Source of the DNA: a bacterium
GTDB lineage: Bacteria; Zhuqueibacterota; Zhuqueibacteria; Residuimicrobiales; Krinioviventaceae
Length of the DNA stretch: 64,000 bases
NCBI GenBank assembly: GCA_963675755.2
Contig: CAXXMD010000003.1
Location: forward strand, 1,024,001-1,088,000
Direction: 5' to 3'
In this document: positions 57,231 to 64,000 of the stretch, in pieces
How positions within the stretch are numbered: the first letter of the stretch is position 1
Layout of the letters: every line of letters starts with the position of its first letter
Notes under the pieces: generated by a model
Told to the model about the DNA's origin: nothing
Seen by the model: the letters and a program-made list of their open reading frames with translations, nothing else
The model's database searches: none
Made by a program: the position numbers and the translations under genes

Positions 57231-57342
57231 AGTTGACCTCCTTAAATATTAAAAAACTCTTATCATGGAAATTACTAATTTATCCCGTTACATTCAATGA
57301 ATAAGCAAAAGGTGTTATACATTTTACAAATTTTTACAAAAA

Positions 57343-59406
57343 TCAACTATTTATCTTTTGCAATACCTTGTTTGCAGTATTGATAACACTATCGTTATCT
57401 GTTTGCTTCAACACTTTATTCATTATCTCTGTAACATACGCGGGATCAAGTTGATATACTCTGTTACCAATTTCGGTTGCCGCTACTTCGGCTTCACGTT
57501 TTAAATTTTCATTTCCAAGATAACTTGCAACCATAGTCAATGCATTTATACTGCGTAATTCGGAAACACCCGAAAGAACCATACGCTGTTCAGACACTTC
57601 ACCTGCTAAATCCATTGCCACTTTGTATAATACCAAAGATTCTTCGTCATTACGTCTGCTATCCAGTTTTAATAGATCCAGATAACCACGCAATGCAAGA
57701 ATTTTAACTGTTCCATCATCAGTTGCTTTTGCAATGGTTAACAGATCGTCGATTGGGCTGGTATCAGTCCAAAGAGCCAGCGCGCGTACCGCTGCTTTTT
57801 GCAGCTCTACATTATCAGAGTTGAGATTTTTACGCATCAATGTTAATGCTTGCTGATCACCCAAGCGACCCAATGCTTGCAGTAATGCGCTCTTTGCTTC
57901 AATATTTTCTTCTTTTTCTGCCGCTTTACGAATTTTTTCTCCCCTGTCACCATCAATCATTAAAGCAACCGCAACCAGGGTTTTTACAGCTTCCTGACGA
58001 ATAGTATTATTTTCTTCATTTACAGTTAAATTGATGAGCTCATCAAAATTATCAGGAGTTGACAAAGTTGCTAATGCTTTGAATGCTTCCCGACGAACAA
58101 CACGGTCATTATCTTTTGCGGTTTTTAACAACATATCTGTTGCTGTTTTAATATTTCTTGCACCTGCACTGCGTACCAATTCCGCTTTGATCTTGGAGCT
58201 TGAAGCATTCATGGAAGAGATGATCTTTTTATCAACTGCCGGAGCGTCCAGTCTGTCCAGACTCAGTTGGGCTGCTTCTTTTACATCGGCAGAACTATTG
58301 GCAGCTATCTCTGCTAACAAATCTACATCAGAATCATCACCAATCCGGGACAATGCTTTCAATGCTGCAATTTTGATCTGTTCGTCATTAGATTTTACAG
58401 CACTTAGAACAGCCGTTTTAGCACCCACTTCGCGACGGTCTGCCAGTGCAGTCAACAATCTTACCTGACCCATTTCTGATAGTTTGTCAAGCTTGGCAAT
58501 CAAAGGTTCGAGATTGCTTTTTGCCGGCAATTCTTTTACAAGACCAATTGCTGCGGTTTGAATTGCTACATCTTTATCCAAAGCTTTTACAAGTATATCT
58601 ACAGCACCCGCTCCCGATGTTGCCACCATACCTCTTAATGCAGCAATACGTGCAGGAGTAGATTTTTCGTTTTCATAAACAGATTCATAAATTTTCACTG
58701 CCGCATCTTTATTTTTAGCAGCAAGACCATCAGCACTCTGCAGCCATGCATCAAGCGCCAGTGCTTTTAAATCACCTTTGCTTTTTTTCACAACCTTGGC
58801 AAGTGCGTCAGCAGCATCAGTTGTTGCAATTTTTCCCAAAGCGGCAAGAGAAGAACCGGCAATTTCTGCATTTTTATCACCTGTAGTTTTTTCAAGGCTT
58901 TTTACTGCAGAAGCTGTTTTTCTCTGACCCAGTGTATTAATGATACCAACTTTAACATTTCCTTTTGATTTTCCAAGGGCTGCCAGGAGAGCATCATCTA
59001 CCGCTGTTCCGGGAATTCTTTCCAATGCATAAAGTGCAATATCAGATGTCTCTGAATTTTTAAGCAATTCACTCAATACCGGAACAGATTCACTGGTTCC
59101 AATAATAGAGAGCTGTTTACAAACAAATTGTTTTCCTGCAAATGTTGCGTCTGTTTTCAGAAAACTGATCATGGCTTTTTCAGCCGCAGCCTTATCTGCC
59201 TGCGAATCCAGAACATCTTTCATTAAATCGCTTAATTCAGACAATGCGGCACGACTCTGACCAAAATCATATGTTTGAATATCATTGAGCAGCGCGTTAA
59301 CTTTTTCTGTTGTTGTTTGAGAAAAAACTGCTGAAGCAGCAAAAACTGAAACACAAATCAGCAGAACATAAGCTGAAAAGTTTAAACGTTTTTTCATGTG
59401 AACCAT
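57343..59406 (-). CDS. Secreted HEAT/PBS-lyase repeat protein
   Basis: Signal peptide and many AL.ALG.IG / VR..A..AL alpha-solenoid repeats. Confidence 0.85.
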   Translation of the reverse strand: MVHMKKRLNFSAYVLLICVSVFAASAVFSQTTTEKVNALLNDIQTYDFGQSRAALSELSDLMKDVLDSQADKAAAEKAMISFLKTDATFAGKQFVCKQLSIIGTSESVPVLSELLKNSETSDIALYALERIPGTAVDDALLAALGKSKGNVKVGIINTLGQRKTASAVKSLEKTTGDKNAEIAGSSLAALGKIATTDAADALAKVVKKSKGDLKALALDAWLQSADGLAAKNKDAAVKIYESVYENEKSTPARIAALRGMVATSGAGAVDILVKALDKDVAIQTAAIGLVKELPAKSNLEPLIAKLDKLSEMGQVRLLTALADRREVGAKTAVLSAVKSNDEQIKIAALKALSRIGDDSDVDLLAEIAANSSADVKEAAQLSLDRLDAPAVDKKIISSMNASSSKIKAELVRSAGARNIKTATDMLLKTAKDNDRVVRREAFKALATLSTPDNFDELINLTVNEENNTIRQEAVKTLVAVALMIDGDRGEKIRKAAEKEENIEAKSALLQALGRLGDQQALTLMRKNLNSDNVELQKAAVRALALWTDTSPIDDLLTIAKATDDGTVKILALRGYLDLLKLDSRRNDEESLVLYKVAMDLAGEVSEQRMVLSGVSELRSINALTMVASYLGNENLKREAEVAATEIGNRVYQLDPAYVTEIMNKVLKQTDNDSVINTANKVLQKINS

Positions 59407-59446
59407 CCTCTACTCTATTTATAGTTTAATTTTATTTACCAGACTA

Positions 59447-60754
59447 TTATAATTTCCAGGGGCTTCTCATTGCCCGAGACAAATACCGGTTTGCTTCCGG
59501 ATTGTTTACATACTGTTCTTTTTCCGGATCCCAGTACAGTTTCTGTCCCATTTTGATAGCTGTCAAGCCCAGATGCGCCACCATTATGGAACGATGCGAA
59601 ACTCTGGCAGGTGCAATGGGCTCCTGACGAGTACGTACACAATCCAAAAAGTTTTGGCGGTGATCATTACTTTCATACAAATGTACTTCATTAGGACCAA
59701 TAGTAGATCGAAGTAACGATTTGGGATGCGCATCGATCTCTCCACGCGTAACATAAACCCATCCTTCGGTACCTTCAAATATTACACCCATACCACGTGG
59801 ATGGCGGTCCCTGTCCATAACTTTAATCGTAAATCCTTTTTTATATTTACAATCAAACTCATAACTCTCCATGGTATCATAGAGAATTGTATCTCCTGAC
59901 GGAAAAACTCCGGTACCTTCAATTTCAATAGGAGCAGTCATTTCCGAATCCATGCCCCATTGAGCTATATCAATATGGTGGCCTGCCCAATCGGTAAGCT
60001 GTCCACCCGAATAATCGCTGATCCAGCGAAAATTCCAGTGGCATCTACCGGGACTATAAGGAACTTTGGGTGCGGGTCCCAACCACATGTCATAATCAAA
60101 ACCTTCCGGGGGTTTGGTAAATTCAACACCCACATCGCGGATGCTGCTTTTTGAGGGCAAACCTACTTTGACCATATCTACCTGGCCTATTCTGCCGTTT
60201 CTTACCAATTCGCAGGCAAAACGAAAATTACTGCTTGATCGCTGCTGACTGCCGGTTTGAAAAACAATTCCATATTTTTCAACCGCGTCAAGTATGGCAC
60301 GACCTTCAGCAATAGTATATCCCAGTGGTTTTTCCTGGTATATATCCAAACCTTTTCTGGCAGCACGTGTAGATACAATTGCATGCCAATGATCAGGTGT
60401 TGCATTACAAATGGCATCCAGATCATCTCTATCAAGTAATTCACGAAAATCATTATAGGTTTCACAATCCTGATTCCCATATTTTCTATCTATCATTTCT
60501 TTTGCTTCATTACGATGATCCGTATCTACATCACAAACCGCAACAACATGCGCATCAGATTTCCCCAAAAACCCGTTCAAATTACCGGTACCCATACCCC
60601 CAAGTCCGATAAAGCCCATTACTATACGATCATTTGCAGCTACAGCTCCATTCTTTCCCAATGCAGTTGCAGGGACGATTGTCGGAAAAGCTGCCGCGCC
60701 CGCACTTAGTGCCGCCGCTTTTAAAAATTGTCGTCTTTTCAAAAGTGCCTCCAT
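59447..60754 (-). CDS. Gfo/Idh/MocA oxidoreductase, Tat-exported
   Basis: KRRQFLK; IGLGGMG; ATPDHWH; YQEKP; QTGSQQRS; TDWAGHH.D. Confidence 0.93.
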   Translation of the reverse strand: MEALLKRRQFLKAAALSAGAAAFPTIVPATALGKNGAVAANDRIVMGFIGLGGMGTGNLNGFLGKSDAHVVAVCDVDTDHRNEAKEMIDRKYGNQDCETYNDFRELLDRDDLDAICNATPDHWHAIVSTRAARKGLDIYQEKPLGYTIAEGRAILDAVEKYGIVFQTGSQQRSSSNFRFACELVRNGRIGQVDMVKVGLPSKSSIRDVGVEFTKPPEGFDYDMWLGPAPKVPYSPGRCHWNFRWISDYSGGQLTDWAGHHIDIAQWGMDSEMTAPIEIEGTGVFPSGDTILYDTMESYEFDCKYKKGFTIKVMDRDRHPRGMGVIFEGTEGWVYVTRGEIDAHPKSLLRSTIGPNEVHLYESNDHRQNFLDCVRTRQEPIAPARVSHRSIMVAHLGLTAIKMGQKLYWDPEKEQYVNNPEANRYLSRAMRSPWKL

Positions 60755-60761
60755 GTATTTT

Positions 60762-62078
60762 TTACAAGTGCCAGGGACTTCTCATACTGTTACCAAGCAT
60801 TCTGGATGCAGCATCATCACCGATAATTTCTTCGGTATCGGGATTAAATTTCAATTTACGTCCCAACAGCATTGATATTTGACCCAGGTGACCTGGTGAT
60901 GCGGAACGGTGCGCAACTTCACAAGGGGTAATGGTTTCTTGACGTGTTTTAACACAATCAATAAAATTACGCCAATGACCGGGAGATTCAAACAAATGGA
61001 TCTCATTCGGTCCAATAAGATCCCGTTTCAAGGTGGGATCAGATGCTTCAAGTACACCACCACGGGTTACAAATACCCATCCTTTATCTCCAATCCATTT
61101 TGTGCCGCCACGAATTTCCGGGTAACCACCGGCCATTACCATTTTCACACCATTGGGATATACTGTGTCTACCCAATATTTACCGGCCGTATTCCAAACA
61201 CCCGTTGCAGGATATTCACCGGTACCTTCAATTTCAACAGGACCGGTATACTCGGTACCCATACCCCAGTGCGCAATATCTACATGATGTCCTACCCAGT
61301 CCATCAACTGACCGCCGCCAAACTCGAGACGCCAGCGCCAGTTTTTATGTACATATGATTTAACATATGGAAGATAAGGAGCAGGACCCACCCAGGTTTC
61401 ATAATCCAGTTCAGGTGGAGGTGTTGTAATCAAATCCTGTCCTTTTGTATTCGCAAAATCAGATTGGCCAGCGGGCAAACCCACTTCTACAGTATGCAAC
61501 TTGCCAATGCGCCCATTCAATACAAGCTCTGCACCAAACCGAAAGTTGGATTGAGACCGCTGCCAACTACCGGTTTGCCAGATACGGTTGTATTTTTTTA
61601 CTGCATTCACCATAGCCCGGCCTTCTACAAGGCTGTGAGAAAAAGGCTTTTCACCAAATATATCTTTTCCGGCTTTTGCCGCTTCAATTGCAGGAATTGA
61701 ATGCCAGTGATCCGGAAGACTGAGACATACAGTATCAATATCTTTACGTGCCAACACTTCTCTAAAATCATGATATGCTTTACAATCTTTATTGTCATAT
61801 TTTCTATCAACAATATCTTTGGCGTTTGCAAGATGATCTTTATCAATATCACAAACCGCTATTATATGACAGTCGTCTTCGCTGAGAAAATTTTCCATAT
61901 TCCATGTACCCTGCCAGCCAACACCAATACTTGCCATGGTGACTTTATTGCTGGGGGCAATTGCTCCGTTTTTTCCTAAAACCGTTGCCGGAATAATTGC
62001 CGGAAATCCTGCAGCTGCAATACCCGCGCCCAATGCACGTTTTACAAATCCACGCCTGTCAATTTTTTTGTTTTCCAC
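60762..62078 (-). CDS. Gfo/Idh/MocA oxidoreductase, Tat-exported
   Basis: DRRGFVK; IGVGWQG; LPDHWH; GEKP; QTGSWQRS; DWVGHH.D. Confidence 0.93.
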   Translation of the reverse strand: MENKKIDRRGFVKRALGAGIAAAGFPAIIPATVLGKNGAIAPSNKVTMASIGVGWQGTWNMENFLSEDDCHIIAVCDIDKDHLANAKDIVDRKYDNKDCKAYHDFREVLARKDIDTVCLSLPDHWHSIPAIEAAKAGKDIFGEKPFSHSLVEGRAMVNAVKKYNRIWQTGSWQRSQSNFRFGAELVLNGRIGKLHTVEVGLPAGQSDFANTKGQDLITTPPPELDYETWVGPAPYLPYVKSYVHKNWRWRLEFGGGQLMDWVGHHVDIAHWGMGTEYTGPVEIEGTGEYPATGVWNTAGKYWVDTVYPNGVKMVMAGGYPEIRGGTKWIGDKGWVFVTRGGVLEASDPTLKRDLIGPNEIHLFESPGHWRNFIDCVKTRQETITPCEVAHRSASPGHLGQISMLLGRKLKFNPDTEEIIGDDAASRMLGNSMRSPWHL

Positions 62079-62096
62079 ACTGTTCTCCTGTTTTAT

Positions 62097-63383
62097 TTAC
62101 AAATACCAGGGACTCCGCTTTGAGCGTACTTTAAGTCTGTTCGCTTCCGGGTCGTTTACAAAATATTCGGTATCCGGGTCCCATTGTAATTTCCTACCCA
62201 ACTGAACTGCAAGATTACCAAGATGGCATACTGTAACAGACCGACAACCAATTTCCACATCTGTAATGGGTATTCGGCGGTTTCTAATGGCTTGCAGCCA
62301 GTCATCATGATGATCATTACTGTGATACAGTCGAATCTCATTCGGTCCAATCTTGTGGCTTACCAACTTGGGATTACTGGCCTTTAAATATGACCTGTTT
62401 ACATCTATCCAACCATCGGTACCTGTAAACAGAATGCGATTATCATCAAAGTCCGTATCCATCACCACGCCATTGGCATATTTATATGTTAACAACATAT
62501 AATCTTTTCCATCGGGGGGATTAATCTCTACCGGGCCGCTATAATCCATACCCAAACCCCATTGCGCTATATCAAAATGGTGCGCGCCCCAATCTGTCAT
62601 GCCGCCACCGGAATAATCCCGATAATTGCGCCATGCCGGATATCCGGTAAAACTGATTGGTGGAGCCAAAATAGCATTGTAAGGACGATTAGGAGCAGGG
62701 CCCTGCCACATGTCCCAATCCAACTCGGCCGGTTTTGGTTCTTCTGGCAGTTCACAAACAATCGGATGAGGGATAAAACCTGTTCGAATGCTCACACGTA
62801 CTGTTTTGACATCACCAATATATCCGTTGCGGACCAGTTCACATGCCTGACGGAACCCGCTGCTTGAGCGTTGCATACTACCTGTTTGAAAAACCCGGTT
62901 GTGACGGCGAACTTCATTCACCATTTCACGGCCTTCGTCAATAGTTAGGGTTAGGGGTTTTTCACAATAAATGTCTTTGCCAGCCCTTGCTGCCATTATT
63001 GCTGGAATTGCGTGCCAATGATCAGGCGTTGCAATGACTACCGCGTCTATATCTTTTCGGTCCAAAACATCTCTAAAATCACGATAAGCATCACAACCTT
63101 TATAATTCAGTTCCTTTTGTTTGGAATAATAGTCATCCACACTGTTTTTAGCTCGCTCCATTTTCTTTGCGTCAACATCACAAACTGCAAGCACATGTGT
63201 TTCCGGTGAGTTTAAAAATCCGCGTAAAAGTCCCGCACCCTGTTTACCAACACCAATAAAACCCAGGGTGATTCGATCATTTGGCTTCACCTTGCTGCCA
63301 CTCCAGGCAGATGCCGGTATTATTGTAGCCGCACCAGCCAGAAAACCCGCCTGTTTCAGAAAATCTCTTCTTTTAATATTCAT
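62097..63383 (-). CDS. Gfo/Idh/MocA oxidoreductase, Tat-exported
   Basis: KRRDFLK; IGVGKQG; ATPDHWH; YCEKP; QTGSMQRS; TDWGAHH.D. Confidence 0.93.
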   Translation of the reverse strand: MNIKRRDFLKQAGFLAGAATIIPASAWSGSKVKPNDRITLGFIGVGKQGAGLLRGFLNSPETHVLAVCDVDAKKMERAKNSVDDYYSKQKELNYKGCDAYRDFRDVLDRKDIDAVVIATPDHWHAIPAIMAARAGKDIYCEKPLTLTIDEGREMVNEVRRHNRVFQTGSMQRSSSGFRQACELVRNGYIGDVKTVRVSIRTGFIPHPIVCELPEEPKPAELDWDMWQGPAPNRPYNAILAPPISFTGYPAWRNYRDYSGGGMTDWGAHHFDIAQWGLGMDYSGPVEINPPDGKDYMLLTYKYANGVVMDTDFDDNRILFTGTDGWIDVNRSYLKASNPKLVSHKIGPNEIRLYHSNDHHDDWLQAIRNRRIPITDVEIGCRSVTVCHLGNLAVQLGRKLQWDPDTEYFVNDPEANRLKVRSKRSPWYL

Positions 63384-63422
63384 GATAGATTTCTACTCCT
63401 GAAAATACATAAAATATTTTAT

Positions 63423-64000
63423 CTACAGTTCCAAGACTATCCTTAATCCGGTCTGAGTAAATTGATAAGATGCGGGAGCACTGGTTCGTGCAGCACATCG
63501 CAACCCTGGTGGAAACGTATCAAAAGCTCCACCGCGAATAACCCGCAATGGTCCGGTTTCGGGTCCAGTAGGATCAATGGATACGGTTTCGGGGTATTTT
63601 TTTTCATAAATATCCGCGCACCATTCCGACACATTACCCAGCATGTCATACAATCCCCAGGCATTTGCCTGTTTCTGTTTTACCGGGTGTGTTACATTAT
63701 CGCTGTTTTCACTGTACCACGCTGATGACTGTAAATCGCCCACACTGCCAATAGAAAGGTCAGAACCTGCACGGCAGGCATATTCCCATTCCGCTTCAGT
63801 AGGCAACCGGTAGGTTTTGCCTTCTTTGGCAGATAGCTTTTCACAAAAAGATACCGCATCCTTCCAGCTTATCTTTTCAACGGGTAGATCATTTCCCTTG
63901 TTGTCGCTCCGGTTAAAACCCATTATGCTTTCCCATTGAGCCTGGGTGATCTCTGCAGCACTCATATAAAAAGAATTTGACAGGGTAACATTCTGGACCA
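63423..64000 (-). CDS. Formylglycine-generating enzyme (FGE-sulfatase / SUMF1) domain protein, 5' end outside the window
   Basis: E.TQ.QW, PVE..SW.DA..FC, RLPTEAEWEYACRAG, NAWGLYDM.GNV.EWC, RV.RGG; the frame stays open upstream of Met 63965 (VQNVTLSNSFYM). Confidence 0.9.
   Translation of the reverse strand, partial: VQNVTLSNSFYMSAAEITQAQWESIMGFNRSDNKGNDLPVEKISWKDAVSFCEKLSAKEGKTYRLPTEAEWEYACRAGSDLSIGSVGDLQSSAWYSENSDNVTHPVKQKQANAWGLYDMLGNVSEWCADIYEKKYPETVSIDPTGPETGPLRVIRGGAFDTFPPGLRCAARTSAPASYQFTQTGLRIVLEL

Overview
Bacterial chromosomal window, AT-rich and about 40% GC by eye. T9SS-type C-terminal sorting domains, an MGQxQLLL pilin-like gene and many Tat/Sec-exported carbohydrate enzymes suggest an FCB-group organism such as KSB1 or Calditrichota (inference). 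The left half is mostly housekeeping and envelope genes: GAF-HD-GYP, O-antigen ligase, MsbA-like ABC transporter, folB-folK-deoxynucleoside kinase, priA, cyclophilin and pckA. It also carries a 2815-aa secreted SGNH/FG-GAP/Ig-repeat protein and a frameshifted subtilase. The right half is accessory and glycan-oriented: GH2, sialidase-like and BNR proteins, a SASA-GH43 fusion, a Ni-SOD, four Tat-exported Gfo/Idh/MocA oxidoreductases with a TIM-barrel/DUF1080 fusion, and a GT2 + TIGR03663-like GT-C + ApbE + discoidin-like module. Two non-coding signals stand out. (1) A GxxExxY PD-(D/E)XK nuclease-like gene is bracketed by 38-bp inverted repeats and appears inserted into an operon. (2) A mosaic of several palindrome families at 48.1-48.6 kb is partly duplicated at 49.8-50.0 kb, on either side of a single gene. 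No rRNA, tRNA, CRISPR array or canonical transposase/integrase was recognised.
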